64,000 nt of DNA from Deltaproteobacteria bacterium (GCA_025361065.1 JANYAY010000147.1:2166-66165); one strand, 5' to 3'; positions 17,584 through 28,209 are shown, counted from the stretch's first letter. Program-made: numbers and translations. Notes: generated from the letters alone by a model not told the origin.

Positions 17584-18838
17584 GCGCTTCGCCTCTTTTC
17601 ACAAAGAGCATAATTATAAACGATACAAGAAAGAAAAACGCTGAGAAAAACAGGAGCGCCAGGTAGCCCTCCGGCCTTTGGCCACCGGCTGTGGAAATAT
17701 CAATCATTAAGCCGGAAAGAGGAGGCGCCACGATATTTGCGGCCTGTGAGAAAAAATAATAAAGCCCTGTGTATCCACCCAGCTTTTCCGCAGTCGTCAT
17801 ATCAACCACCATCGGCAGCGAATTGACATTAATGAAAGCCCAGGCGCATCCGGCAAACGAAAATAAAATCGCCACCGGCAGAAATGTTTTGAAAAAAGTT
17901 GCTACTATCATCAAAAATAAAAGGAAAAATAAGCCGATCCTGATTGTTTTATTTCTGCTGTATTTTGTGCCGATAAGCCCGGCGGGGATCGCTGCTATGA
18001 TAAAAAAAAGCGAATAGAATCCAAGGATCATCGCGCCCGTGCTTTCTTTCATTCCCATATAGAATTTCGCGTAGCTTGTAAAAAAAGTCTCAATGGCGTT
18101 AAAGCCGACAAACCAGAAGAATATCGCACAAAGAACCGCCAGGAGGCTTTTCTCCCCGCGAACTACATCCTTTAAATTGTCCATCAGTTCATAAAATGAT
18201 TTTTTCAAGGAAATGGATTCGGCAGGGCCGGTTGCGCTTTGGGTGTAGCTGTCGTCTTTAATAAAAACGACAACAAGCATGCAGGCGATAAACATAAATA
18301 TACCTGCTGCGATGAAAGGGTAAGATATGTTCTTATCGTACAATGGTTTTCCTCCAAAGTAAACCAGCAGCGCACCCGCCCCCCCCATGAAGTTTATAAT
18401 ACCATTAGCGTGGCTGCGGTATTTAGAAGGCGTTATGTCCGGCATCAGCGCTATCACCGGTGTTCTGTATATAGCCATAGCCAGATTCATGAATATGACC
18501 GTCAGCATCATGAGACCGAGAACTTGCGTCTTGTTGGCAAAAGGAATGAGTATGAAGAATATCATGGCCAGGGGGGCGCCAATCAGTATATAGGGCCGTC
18601 TTTTCCCGATTCTTGTGTTTGTGCTGTCGCTTAACGCACCGAGGAAGGGTAGCAGAAGTATGGCAAAAACGTTATCAATAGTCATGATTGCTCCGACAAC
18701 CGAAAAAGGAAGCTGAAAAGTTTCCCTGAGGAAGACCGGCAGATAGGCATTATACATGGCCCAGATCATTGATACTCCAAGGAACCCGAACCCGAGAAGA
18801 AATGTCTTGCCCTTGCTGAACTCCAGCTTTTTATCCAT
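17576..18838 (-). CDS. MFS transporter (GPH/SLC45-like)
   Basis: About 12 TM spans and the motif RIGKRRPYILIG. The ATG at 18838 has an AAGGGGAG RBS. The longer start at 18886 falls inside a repeat. Confidence 0.8.
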   Translation of the reverse strand: MDKKLEFSKGKTFLLGFGFLGVSMIWAMYNAYLPVFLRETFQLPFSVVGAIMTIDNVFAILLLPFLGALSDSTNTRIGKRRPYILIGAPLAMIFFILIPFANKTQVLGLMMLTVIFMNLAMAIYRTPVIALMPDITPSKYRSHANGIINFMGGAGALLVYFGGKPLYDKNISYPFIAAGIFMFIACMLVVVFIKDDSYTQSATGPAESISLKKSFYELMDNLKDVVRGEKSLLAVLCAIFFWFVGFNAIETFFTSYAKFYMGMKESTGAMILGFYSLFFIIAAIPAGLIGTKYSRNKTIRIGLFFLLFLMIVATFFKTFLPVAILFSFAGCAWAFINVNSLPMVVDMTTAEKLGGYTGLYYFFSQAANIVAPPLSGLMIDISTAGGQRPEGYLALLFFSAFFFLVSFIIMLFVKRGEAHE

Positions 18839-18876
18839 GATTTTATCTCCCCTTTTTTGATTCAAAACCGTCCACG

Positions 18877-18975
18877 AATCAACCAACTCGCGGCAAGCTG
18901 TCGAGGCATGAAATGAACGTCATCATATCGCAAAAAGCTGCGAAGAATTAACGCTCGTCCCGCGTGAGCAGGATT
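18877..18975 (+). repeat. SR100 repeat, copy 3
   Basis: Full-length alignment with the other copies. It lies in the putative 5' UTR of the MFS/GDPD operon. Confidence 0.8.
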
Positions 18976-19021
18976 TTTAGTAATTTATTAAGGCATAAGC
19001 GGCAATAAATCCACTGTTTTT

Positions 19022-19049
19022 ATTATCGCAACAGGGACTTCTCTATCAA
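19022..19049 (-). promoter_or_regulatory. sigma70-like promoter for the MFS-GDPD operon
   Basis: On the minus strand: TTGATA (19049-19044), a 16-nt spacer, then GATAAT (19027-19022) preceded by TGC. Confidence 0.35.
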
Positions 19050-19193
19050 TCAACGACGAATGAAAAAGGTAGATCCGGCATCCTGATGATTTTGCATAAA
19101 CAGTTTTCTATGGCGAGAAATGTTCTTGACATTTGTTATAAATAATCTGTTTTATATGCCGAACTGATTACGGGATAAAAAAGTGAGACTAAA

Positions 19194-19970
19194 ATGAATT
19201 TGACAAAAATCAGCCGGGTTACACAAAGCTGTAAATCAGCTCTGCCACATTTTCTCCAAGGCGGTTCCACGGCGATTCTTGCCGTTCATGGTTATAATGG
19301 ATATCCTCAAGATCTGCTCTACGCTGGTGAAATGTTAAACAGGCAGGGTTTTACTGTTTTAATACCCCGTCTCCCCGGCCATGGCACCAACGCTTCCGAC
19401 TTTCATGAAACTGATTATCAGGATTGGCTCAGGCATACCGCCGACTGCTATTTTAATTTAAAGGCGGAATATGACACCGTGCACCTGCTTGGTTTTTCCA
19501 TGGGCGGATTATTAACATTACTTCTCGCTTCCCGGTTTAATATTGAAAGAATGGCTCTGATTTCTCCGGCAATTATTAATCTGAAATGGACAATAAAGCT
19601 TACGCCTTTTTTGAAATACTTTGTAAAAAAGCAGAAACGGGACTGGACTGATGAATCAAAGGACCCGGACAGAATATTTCTGGCCGAGGAATACTGGCGC
19701 TGGCATTATATTTCAATGGGCGCGGAACTTCTGCAATTACAGAAACTCACAAAGAAGAAGATGCCGCTCGTTTCCTGCGACACAATGATCATCGTATCTA
19801 AAAAAGATGAGGCAGTTCCTGTCCGGGCGGCAGATTATATATTCAGTCTAATTACGTCGCCGGTAAAGAAGACAGTGGTGCTGGAGAACAGTCCGCATTG
19901 TTCGACTGACGGCCCGGAAAAAGAATTAATAGCCGACTATCTGGTGAAATGGTTTAAAAAAGAGATATAA
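19194..19970 (+). CDS. alpha/beta hydrolase (carboxylesterase/lipase-like)
   Basis: 258 aa with the nucleophile elbow GFSMGG and an HG oxyanion region (AVHGYNG). Confidence 0.8.
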   Translation: MNLTKISRVTQSCKSALPHFLQGGSTAILAVHGYNGYPQDLLYAGEMLNRQGFTVLIPRLPGHGTNASDFHETDYQDWLRHTADCYFNLKAEYDTVHLLGFSMGGLLTLLLASRFNIERMALISPAIINLKWTIKLTPFLKYFVKKQKRDWTDESKDPDRIFLAEEYWRWHYISMGAELLQLQKLTKKKMPLVSCDTMIIVSKKDEAVPVRAADYIFSLITSPVKKTVVLENSPHCSTDGPEKELIADYLVKWFKKEI

Positions 19971-20003
19971 TGAATTATTCACCATCATAATCATCTCATT
20001 TAG

Positions 20004-20648
20004 TTAGAGATTGTTTGAAATCCCAAACGGCACGATTTTTCCAAAATCCTTTTCCAGGGATTCCTGATCAACATACAAAATGGCCTTCCAACCTTTTTGT
20101 CTTGCCCGGTCAATGTTTCCCGGATTGTCGTCAATAAATAGAATCCTGTCTGCTCGCGTGTTCAATACCCGGGCAATGTCGTCAAAGATACTGATATCCC
20201 GCTTGCCCTTTCCCAAATGATAGCTGTTGAAAACATAGTCGAACCAGCGGAAAAAATCGAATTGTTGATCCAGTATATCCAGCCAGTCCGTCTGGTCACT
20301 GAGAATGCCGACGCTGATATTTTTCTGTTTTAACTTTTTGGTCAGATCAATAATCCAACTTCTCAATAAGAACCGGGATAAAATTTCCGCCCGGAGATCA
20401 GCATCATCTCCTTTAATACCTGTTTTTTCCTTTAATTCTTTCCAGAATGCTTTTTCCGGAGATTTTCCTGTAAGATAACCGGACGAATAAATGGCATCGG
20501 CTGCCGCTTCCAGAAACTCTTCCGGATCAAGTCCGTTTGCTTTGGCAATAACGTTCAAACCGTTTCGAAATCCTTCTTCAGCAATCACGCCGCCAAAATC
20601 AAATAAAACCACGTCAATACTGCCGGTGCTACCTGCGCTTTTTTTCAT
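20004..20648 (-). CDS. HAD-family hydrolase
   Basis: Motif I VLFDFGGV and motif IV FIDDNPGN. Confidence 0.8.
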   Translation of the reverse strand: MKKSAGSTGSIDVVLFDFGGVIAEEGFRNGLNVIAKANGLDPEEFLEAAADAIYSSGYLTGKSPEKAFWKELKEKTGIKGDDADLRAEILSRFLLRSWIIDLTKKLKQKNISVGILSDQTDWLDILDQQFDFFRWFDYVFNSYHLGKGKRDISIFDDIARVLNTRADRILFIDDNPGNIDRARQKGWKAILYVDQESLEKDFGKIVPFGISNNL

Positions 20649-20752
20649 GAAATCTCCGATAGTCCAACGTTATCACCTACCCGGTCATATTGCAGGCGAA
20701 AAAAATGTATCTCATTATTTGGCTGCCGTCATCTATAAATTGATATGGTTTT

Positions 20753-20852
20753 AATTCCGCTCACGCGGAACGAGCGTTAATTCTCCGAAGCGAGCTCGCA
20801 ATATAATGACGCTCATTTCATACCGCGGCAGCTTGCTGCGAGGTGGTTGATT
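20753..20852 (-). repeat. SR100 repeat, copy 4
   Basis: Full-length alignment with the other copies, in a divergent intergenic region. Confidence 0.8.
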
Positions 20853-20886
20853 TGTCAAGCAGAAAAAGGTATTGGCCAAGATTTCC

Positions 20887-20915
20887 TTGACATAAAAGCC
20901 CGAAATTATTATAGT
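20887..20915 (+). promoter_or_regulatory. near-consensus sigma70 promoter, possibly giving a leaderless mRNA
   Basis: TTGACA (20887-20892), a 17-nt spacer, then TATAGT (20910-20915). The ATG at 20922 is 6 nt after the -10 element and has no SD. Confidence 0.4.
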
Positions 20916-20921
20916 TCAATC

Positions 20922-21590
20922 ATGAACAAGTTATGTCTGATAAAATTTTTGACCCTTATGTTTTTCTTAGCTTGCGGTACGGCTCAGGCGATAGCGCCGG
21001 TAGGTGATGATCTATGGGATATCAGCCAGGGCGCCGTAGTGGATAAATTTTCCCATATCGTTCCCGGAAATAACGCTGGGAATATGTTTGGCGATAGTTC
21101 TGGCTTGGTTGAACCTGGTTATACCTTATTTGCTGATGATTTTGAGGCAGGGTATCCGCATTTTATTGAATGGCATACCCCGGTTCTTATTAATTTAAAA
21201 GGTTTCAACCTTTTTGCAGTTTATGACTTTGACTATGACCAGGAGCACAAGTCCTATGCCCGTTCTTTTAAGGAGTTCCGGCTTAATTACTACAACGGTT
21301 CGGATTGGATAAACTTTTATACTCGTGCTTCAATACCGCCTTATGGCGTCGTCGATTCCGGGGAAAACGAACTGGCCCTCGAGGTAAGAGATCTCGCGAT
21401 CAATGCTCAGTCTTTCCAGGCGGTATTTGTCCAGTATGGAGGGACTTATTGGGCGAGCGGCCCGCGGATACTTGAACTGGATGGCTTCGGCACCTACCTT
21501 TATCCTGTTCCGATTCCGGAACCAGGCACTCTGCTGCTGCTCGGCACGGGATTATTAGGGCTGTTGGGACTACGAAGAAAAAGAAGTTAA
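20922..21590 (+). CDS. PEP-CTERM sorting-domain secreted protein
   Basis: Signal peptide MNKLCLIKFLTLMFFLACGTAQA and C-terminus PIPEPGTLLLLGTGLLGLLGLRRKRS (PEP motif, TM segment, basic tail). Confidence 0.8.
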   Translation: MNKLCLIKFLTLMFFLACGTAQAIAPVGDDLWDISQGAVVDKFSHIVPGNNAGNMFGDSSGLVEPGYTLFADDFEAGYPHFIEWHTPVLINLKGFNLFAVYDFDYDQEHKSYARSFKEFRLNYYNGSDWINFYTRASIPPYGVVDSGENELALEVRDLAINAQSFQAVFVQYGGTYWASGPRILELDGFGTYLYPVPIPEPGTLLLLGTGLLGLLGLRRKRS

Positions 21591-21615
21591 TCGTTTTAGT
21601 CTGTGTTATCGCAAT

Positions 21616-21637
21616 GCGGCAGATGCCGCCTTTTACT
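21616..21637 (+). terminator. rho-independent terminator candidate
   Basis: Hairpin gcggc-agat-gccgc followed by cttttact. Confidence 0.45.
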
Positions 21638-21708
21638 GCGAATTAGCTACTGATCCCCTTCCCTTTCCCTTCTGCCAAAAATATTCATATTTAATTCGAT
21701 CCTGCAAT

Positions 21709-23007
21709 TTACTGAGTTAAATCTGGATTTCTGTTGAAGTTGTAATTGACGCTTCTGGCAAATGGCAACATCCTGTTGATATACTGGTCAACAAACTGAT
21801 TGGCTTGGGCAATTCCGGTCTGCGGCACAAAAATAACATCCAGCGGGGAGAGTTTCAAGTCCTGAAGGGCAAGATTATTTTCCATAACTTCTTGAAGATT
21901 GGTTTTATAAACCGTGATATCGCCCTTGCCGTCATAATGGATGAGGACGACTTCAGTCAGGTCCCCTTCCGGCGTCACGCCTCCGGCCTGCATAATGGCT
22001 TTAAGCATTGTCAGATTGTGATGAAGCGGGATGGCGCCGGGATTTCTCACCTGCCCGTTGACATAAATAGTCCGGCTGGCCGAAGAGATCAGAAACACCG
22101 ACAGGGAAATCGGGTTGGTGTATTCTACCTGCAAGACATCATGAAGTTTCTTCTGCAATTGCGGCAATGTTAATCCGGCCGCTTTAATCAAACCGATTTC
22201 CGGGATGGTAATATCGCCGGCGGGAGTGACCGTTACATTACGGTCCAACAGCCCCAGCCTTTTCGGAATAACGTCACGGGGAATAACCGACGCTTTGATA
22301 TCATTGCCGAACTTTTCTTTTGCCGCCGCGGAAATGTTTTCGGAAAGTTGCGCCGGAGTTATCCCCGCTGCTGAAAATTCGCCCAGCATGGGCAACAGTA
22401 TTTTGCCGTCCGGTAAAATAGAATAATCGCCGGTCAGCGCTTCCACAAGAGAATAATTAACAGTGAGAACGGTAACCGTGGAGCGCGGGTCCCGCATCCG
22501 GTCGCGCAACAACCGGGAAATTTCCTTGGCAATCTTCGCTGGTGTTTTGCCGACCACAGTGAGTTCGCCGATAGTCGGAATAGTAATCATGCCGTCAAAA
22601 CGGACAACCGCGTCGAAATTATTTTTGCTGTCGGCCAGGAAATTAACCCGCAGTTCGTCGCCGGCTATTAAGTGGTATTCCCCTTTACCGAAATAAAAGC
22701 GGATATAAAGAAGATTTTCAGTGTCCAATACGAAAGGCTTACGCAGAGTTTTGATGGGAAAAGTTTCGATGCGCAGCACATCGCCGTGTCCGATAACAAA
22801 TTCCTCCGTGCCGGAAGGCAGCTGCTTTGTGTCGCCGGAAAATTTCTGCGGTTCTTCGTTGGGCCTTTTGACCAGGATACCCTGATGTGTCGAACAGGCG
22901 GAAACAAAGACAATTGCACTAAGCAGGAAAGGCAGCATCCGTGCGGCCATTTTCCAGGAAATTGTTTCTTCGGTAATTATGACTTTGTTCTCCCGGTTAT
23001 TGTTCAT
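21709..23007 (-). CDS. polysaccharide export protein (Wza-like, Poly_export + SLBB repeats)
   Basis: Lipobox VFVSAC, GHGDVLRI and repeated SLBB-like segments. The ATG at 23007 has a GGAAGGGGA RBS. Confidence 0.85.
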   Translation of the reverse strand: MNNNRENKVIITEETISWKMAARMLPFLLSAIVFVSACSTHQGILVKRPNEEPQKFSGDTKQLPSGTEEFVIGHGDVLRIETFPIKTLRKPFVLDTENLLYIRFYFGKGEYHLIAGDELRVNFLADSKNNFDAVVRFDGMITIPTIGELTVVGKTPAKIAKEISRLLRDRMRDPRSTVTVLTVNYSLVEALTGDYSILPDGKILLPMLGEFSAAGITPAQLSENISAAAKEKFGNDIKASVIPRDVIPKRLGLLDRNVTVTPAGDITIPEIGLIKAAGLTLPQLQKKLHDVLQVEYTNPISLSVFLISSASRTIYVNGQVRNPGAIPLHHNLTMLKAIMQAGGVTPEGDLTEVVLIHYDGKGDITVYKTNLQEVMENNLALQDLKLSPLDVIFVPQTGIAQANQFVDQYINRMLPFARSVNYNFNRNPDLTQ

Positions 23008-24667
23008 AGTATTTCCCCTTCCACTTTTTTTGACGGGTAATTTCCACGGTGACAATGGAATGAGGCAGTATCGTTAAAGGTACTGCCAGGTTATGCTGTT
23101 TTTTCATAATGCCGACAGTGGCCTGGCCGGCCGGTTTCGGCGGTGGGTCGGTGGATACAACAGGCCACCAGCTGGGCGAATCGTTCCCATTATGTGCTTT
23201 GACGTCGGGACCGCTGATTTCCCAGACTAAAGCATTGGCATTTACCGCAAAACCCTTTGTCTGAAATGCTACTTTATGAGTTTTATCCCAGGCACGGTTC
23301 ACGATATTCACGAACAGCTTATCCTTGTTTTGATTCAGAGATGCCACAGCAGTCAATTGGGGTATATTTTTTTCAGCATTGGCCATTCCCATTTTTCGGG
23401 AACTGTACAGCGGCGAGTTAATGCTGGTTGCGATAAGCCTGCTGCCGAAATGTTTCGCGAATAACTCGATGACAAAATAAGGAACTTTCGGTTGATGCTC
23501 AGCGGAAACCCAACCCATAAAGGTCTGGTCGGTAAATTTAAAGTAATTGGCCACCTTGACGCGGGGGTGGCTCATCAGAACCTGTATCATCCGCGCTACG
23601 TAAACAGCCGAACCCAGCGTCTTGACATGGTCGAACCAGACAGGATCGAGAATGGCATAAAGAGGCCCCCATTCCGTGACGGCGATGTTAATGGTGCGTC
23701 CTTTTTCATGCTGGGAAATAAGCCTGCTGAGCTCGGTCAGGTCGCGGTTTACCGCCTCGGGCGCCGCCCAGACAGCCTGGTAGACATCCCGGGCCACTGG
23801 ACTTTTTTCGTTCATAATCACCGGGAAGTAGGCGTTGTGAACGGCAATATAATCTATCTCGGAGGCGGCCTTCGCCAAAACGGTTTTGTTCCAGTCCGGA
23901 TAAGGGCCAAAGGGAACATTGTAGGAACCGGCAATACCGATGGCCATCAGTGAAATAGAGGGATCAACTGCACGCATTGCGCTGGCGTAGGATAAAAATC
24001 TTTCCGCGTAAACATCGGGCGGCAAAGTTATCTTCTTTTCGGCATCGCTGCCATTAAGATAAAGCTCGTTTCCGACTTCCCATAATTTAACATTCAGCGG
24101 CTGCGGCAGGCCGTCGCTGATGCGCCTCGCATTAGTGGCGCCATTTAAGTAATCCACCCATCCCGCGGCTTCCGAGGCGGTGCCGGTGCCCGCGTTGACG
24201 GTGATCAGGGGCTGGGCGCCCACGGCCTGGCAGAACTTAATCAGCTCCGGCGTGCCCAAGACATTTGCCGAACTGGACGGATCGGTGTAATGAGGGCGAA
24301 CCGGACGGCTGCCTCGCGGGCCTATGCCGTCCTGCCAGTGGTAAAAATCAGAAAGCGTGCCTCCGGGAAAACGCACCAGTGAAATTCCCTGCTTTTTGGC
24401 GAGATGAATCAAGGTGGTATCCAGGACTCCCTGATTGGAGACAAGACCCCCACCATTATTGAACCATTCGGAATTAGTGCCGAACAATCCTCTTTCCACC
24501 ACACCGAGTTCATGGTCGGCATTAACAACACAGACAATGTCTCCTCCGCTAGGCTTTGCATCCTGCGAAGTGGCTTTGCAACCGTAATTAAAAAAGATAA
24601 TTATGACAATAATTACCGGCAGAAACGCTATGGTCAGTAATAATGATTTCCTGTTTCTCGACAACAT
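22997..24667 (-). CDS. glycoside hydrolase (clan GH-A, arabinofuranosidase/GH51-like)
   Basis: 556 aa with an N-terminal membrane anchor, plus LVRFPGGTLSDFYHWQDGIG and WEVGNELY (GNE acid/base). Confidence 0.7.
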   Translation of the reverse strand: MLSRNRKSLLLTIAFLPVIIVIIIFFNYGCKATSQDAKPSGGDIVCVVNADHELGVVERGLFGTNSEWFNNGGGLVSNQGVLDTTLIHLAKKQGISLVRFPGGTLSDFYHWQDGIGPRGSRPVRPHYTDPSSSANVLGTPELIKFCQAVGAQPLITVNAGTGTASEAAGWVDYLNGATNARRISDGLPQPLNVKLWEVGNELYLNGSDAEKKITLPPDVYAERFLSYASAMRAVDPSISLMAIGIAGSYNVPFGPYPDWNKTVLAKAASEIDYIAVHNAYFPVIMNEKSPVARDVYQAVWAAPEAVNRDLTELSRLISQHEKGRTINIAVTEWGPLYAILDPVWFDHVKTLGSAVYVARMIQVLMSHPRVKVANYFKFTDQTFMGWVSAEHQPKVPYFVIELFAKHFGSRLIATSINSPLYSSRKMGMANAEKNIPQLTAVASLNQNKDKLFVNIVNRAWDKTHKVAFQTKGFAVNANALVWEISGPDVKAHNGNDSPSWWPVVSTDPPPKPAGQATVGIMKKQHNLAVPLTILPHSIVTVEITRQKKWKGKYYEQ

Positions 24668-24717
24668 TAATTATCTCCGTATCGTATTTAATATGTGGGA
24701 AACAATCATTAATATTA

Positions 24718-25830
24718 TCACATTTGTTCTATCTCTCGGTACACATCTGCTGTCTGACAAGCCATATTCTCCCAGGTAAATTTTTTTGCCAGCAATAAAC
24801 CCTTTTGGATCATACTTTCCCTGAGCTGACTTCCTTCCCAAAGTCCGGCCATTAATTGCGCCAATATATCCGTTTCGGCAGGGGGAAAGAATTCAGCCGC
24901 TCCGGCAAATAATTCGCGATGAACTTCAATATCGGAACAGATAACCGGTACGCCGCAGGACATGGCCTCCAACGGCGGAATGTCAAAGCCTTCGCCGCGG
25001 GAAGGCGCCAGAAATAAGCGGGCGTTGCGCAGCAATTCCAAACATTCACTATCGGAGACAAAACCGGTAAAAACAACATTGTCCGACAATTGTTTTTCTC
25101 TTACCAATTTTTTTAATCGTTGTCCATAGCCGGAAGTCCGATCACCACCGGCGATAATCAGCCTGGTTGTACCATTAATCAAGGCAAGAAATCCGGCAAA
25201 GGCCGATAGAACCACCTCCAGATTCTTTCTTGTTTCCAGCGCGCCCAGGTAAAGTATATAAGGATCCGATAAGAAAGAAAAACGCCCGGAGATGGTTTCC
25301 TTTCCCAACTGCGGCCGGAAAAATTTATGATCTATCCCGTTATAGACGAATACGACCTTTGCTGCGGGAACATGCAGGGTTTTTACTATCTCGATTTTTG
25401 TCGTTTCGCTGACGGTTAAAATACGGCTGGCCCGCCGCGCGCTTTGCGGAGTCATAAACCGGACCAGCGCGTTGCGCCAACCGCGGTAATCGCGCGGATT
25501 AGTCAGCGGCAGTATATCATGCAGGGAAACAACAAGGGCACAATTTACCAGCGGCGGCGTGATCCGCTGCACATGCAGCAAATCAAGGCGATGCTTTAGA
25601 GCGAGCCAGGGCAATATAACCGAACGTTCAATCAGCGGATCGGAAAAAGGCAGCGTCACATAAGTTACATTAGCCGGACTGTCAGCCGGAACTGGATAGC
25701 GGCGGTTGACAAAAAAAACATAGTCATACCAGGGTGCCACCTGCGGCAGGTATAGAACAAGCTGCCTTAAATATTTTTCCACGCCGCCCTTGTTTTTTCC
25801 CAGAATGTGCGCATCTATCCCGATTCTCAT
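24718..25830 (-). CDS. glycosyltransferase family 4
   Basis: Motif PSRGEGFDIPPLEAMSCGVPV. The ATG at 25830 lies 1 nt after the upstream stop. Confidence 0.85.
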   Translation of the reverse strand: MRIGIDAHILGKNKGGVEKYLRQLVLYLPQVAPWYDYVFFVNRRYPVPADSPANVTYVTLPFSDPLIERSVILPWLALKHRLDLLHVQRITPPLVNCALVVSLHDILPLTNPRDYRGWRNALVRFMTPQSARRASRILTVSETTKIEIVKTLHVPAAKVVFVYNGIDHKFFRPQLGKETISGRFSFLSDPYILYLGALETRKNLEVVLSAFAGFLALINGTTRLIIAGGDRTSGYGQRLKKLVREKQLSDNVVFTGFVSDSECLELLRNARLFLAPSRGEGFDIPPLEAMSCGVPVICSDIEVHRELFAGAAEFFPPAETDILAQLMAGLWEGSQLRESMIQKGLLLAKKFTWENMACQTADVYREIEQM

Positions 25831-25831
25831 T

Positions 25832-26767
25832 TTAACCGGCCCCCGTGCGAAAGATATCCTGCAACCTGCACCATGATGAAGCAAGCAGCATCCGGTACCT
25901 CTGTCTCCCTGCCGCGGTGCCCAGAGCAGCCAGTATCAGGCGCAAAACAAGCCCCATACCAATAATTACTCTGGCCGTCAGTATTTCCCCGCTTGCCGCA
26001 TTTTTCGCCAATATCTTTAATAAATGCCTTTGTTGCAATACGCTGTTTTCAATCTTTTCCCGGTCGGATCGGGAACTGCCGCCCCGATGATGCCGGAGGG
26101 CGGTGTTGCGCAGATGAAAGACCTGCCAACCCAGATTTCTCAGTCTCAGGCAAATATCAATATCTTCCGCGTACAGAAAAAAATCGGGATCAAAGCCACC
26201 GACCTTCCGATAGGCTTCCCGGCGAAAAAGCATGCAGACGCCGGATATCCAGCCGACTTCTGTTACCGGGTCCGAGAAGCGTTCCCGATGCAATCCCGGA
26301 AACAAAGCCAAACCGGGGAATAACGCGCTGAGGAAAAAACTTTCATTAAACAAAATGCGTAGCGAGGGCAGGTTGCCGCATATGCGGGGTTGGAGTTTTC
26401 CATCCGGCAGATAGACGGCAGGTCCAACCGCGCCCGCCTGCGGGTGTTCTTCCAGAAAATCCGACAGTGCAGCAACAGTGCCGGGCAGCAATGCAGCGTC
26501 CGGATTGAGCAGCATTACATGATCACCGCTACTTAAGTTAAAGCCGCTGTTATTGGCTCTGCCAAAACCGGTATTTGTTGCCTGGGCCAGCAGGTGCACC
26601 TGCTGGTAATTGTTTTGCACCAGCGCCACACTGCCATCAGTGGACGCATTATCAACCACAATAACTTCCAAGGCAATATTCTGAACCGTATCATAAATAC
26701 TTTTCAGGCATTGGCCCAGATATTTTCTGGTGTTGTAGCTGACAATGATAATGGAAAGCTTTATCAT
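25832..26767 (-). CDS. glycosyltransferase family 2
   Basis: Motifs LSIIIVSYN and VVDNASTDGS. Confidence 0.85.
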   Translation of the reverse strand: MIKLSIIIVSYNTRKYLGQCLKSIYDTVQNIALEVIVVDNASTDGSVALVQNNYQQVHLLAQATNTGFGRANNSGFNLSSGDHVMLLNPDAALLPGTVAALSDFLEEHPQAGAVGPAVYLPDGKLQPRICGNLPSLRILFNESFFLSALFPGLALFPGLHRERFSDPVTEVGWISGVCMLFRREAYRKVGGFDPDFFLYAEDIDICLRLRNLGWQVFHLRNTALRHHRGGSSRSDREKIENSVLQQRHLLKILAKNAASGEILTARVIIGMGLVLRLILAALGTAAGRQRYRMLLASSWCRLQDIFRTGAG

Positions 26768-28209
26768 TATGATTTTTCCCCGGCTGCAGCATCGATTGCA
26801 AATAACCGCGACATAGATTTTCTTTGCTCTTTACTGATTGCTCCCAATAAAATTATCAGCAATAAATATGCAGACAGACCGATACAAATGTTAATAAGCC
26901 AGTAAAATGGCGCCGCCGCCATAATCGCCGCCGCCGCGAAGCCCGCCATTACGGGCCGCCAGATCAAGCTTGCTAAATTGAAATCCCTCAAAAAAGAACG
27001 CGCCAGCAATATACGGGCAACAACAAGGGAGAATACTCCCGCGAAATATCCCGCTGCCGCACCCACGGCTCCGAAGGTGTATATCATCGGCCAGAGAATA
27101 AGCAATATAACTGTAGCGCCAAAAGAAAGCGTTAGAAGGTCTGTTTTCTGCCGGCCACCGGCAATCATGGCCGTGGAAAATATTTGATCCACGGCCAGCA
27201 GCAGAGCTATGCCGATGATTATTCTCAGGAGAAGCACGGAGGGCAAATATGATTTTTTAAAAATTAAAAGAACAATTGGTTCAGTCTGCATGAAGACAAC
27301 TACTACCGCGGGGATAATAGCCAGAGCAATCAGCTTTAAGGCATTCTGGCAATAATTATTCAGTTCATCTAAAGATACTCGGGCCTGCCGGGAAAAAATG
27401 GGCAGCAGGTTGATGATAAATGCCGTCGGAACCAGGAGCGCCAGATCGAGAAACTGATAAGCGACGGCAAAAAAACCGGCGGCCTCATCTCCCTTCATCC
27501 AGGGAAGTATCAACTGCGCCGAAAAACGGATAATCAGAAAAAGCACAAGAATTCCGGCAAATGTAGGCGCCTGATTTAAAAAAATGCGGAAAAATACGGG
27601 ATCGAAGCGCCAGGTTTCCCCGCTGCAATGCCGCGAGATAGCGAGCCAGTATACGGGAGCGATTAACCACCGGATGACGATAAAAGAGACGAAAACCATG
27701 ATAATACTCTGGCCCGAATAGATGAGGATGATTCCGCATATGGTGCGAATAATTGTTTCCAGACCCTGAATAAAGCCGAAGGCAGCGCCCCGGCCAAGGC
27801 CGATTAAGGCCGATTGCAGACAGAGCACTGCTGCGGTTGCCGGCAGCGCGCAAGCCACCAGCAAAAGCCCTCCCGATACCACAGAGCTGTAATTGCCGAA
27901 AAAGGCAGTGGCCAGCAGGCAGGCAATGATGATTAGAGCAATGATCAGGGAAAAGATGAAGGCATGAAAAATAAATCTTTTAATTTGTCCTGACAAGACT
28001 GATATTTCCCGGATAATATATTGCTGCATCCCCAGGAGAGGAAGAAATTCCGTAAATATAAAAAAAACAAAAATTGTGCGAAAGGCCCCTGCTTGACCTA
28101 CTGATATTTGGGATATCACCCAGAAAAGGATAAAGGCGCAGGCCGAAGCAATAACGCGGGAGGCGATCAGCATCAAACTGCCGCCCACGACTCCTGATGG
28201 TCTGGTCAT
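26767..28209 (-). CDS. oligosaccharide flippase (Wzx/MOP family)
   Basis: 480 aa with about 12-14 TM spans, in operon context. Confidence 0.75.
   Translation of the reverse strand: MTRPSGVVGGSLMLIASRVIASACAFILFWVISQISVGQAGAFRTIFVFFIFTEFLPLLGMQQYIIREISVLSGQIKRFIFHAFIFSLIIALIIIACLLATAFFGNYSSVVSGGLLLVACALPATAAVLCLQSALIGLGRGAAFGFIQGLETIIRTICGIILIYSGQSIIMVFVSFIVIRWLIAPVYWLAISRHCSGETWRFDPVFFRIFLNQAPTFAGILVLFLIIRFSAQLILPWMKGDEAAGFFAVAYQFLDLALLVPTAFIINLLPIFSRQARVSLDELNNYCQNALKLIALAIIPAVVVVFMQTEPIVLLIFKKSYLPSVLLLRIIIGIALLLAVDQIFSTAMIAGGRQKTDLLTLSFGATVILLILWPMIYTFGAVGAAAGYFAGVFSLVVARILLARSFLRDFNLASLIWRPVMAGFAAAAIMAAAPFYWLINICIGLSAYLLLIILLGAISKEQRKSMSRLFAIDAAAGEKS

Noticed and set aside
20847-20921. 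N-terminal extensions of ORFs that start inside SR100 copies (20847; also 41176-41211 for lpxH and 18839-18886 for the MFS gene)
   Set aside because: The extensions begin in repeat sequence and lack RBSs. Downstream ATGs give canonical N-termini (a signal peptide, or the ISDAHL metallophosphoesterase start) with good RBS or promoter context.
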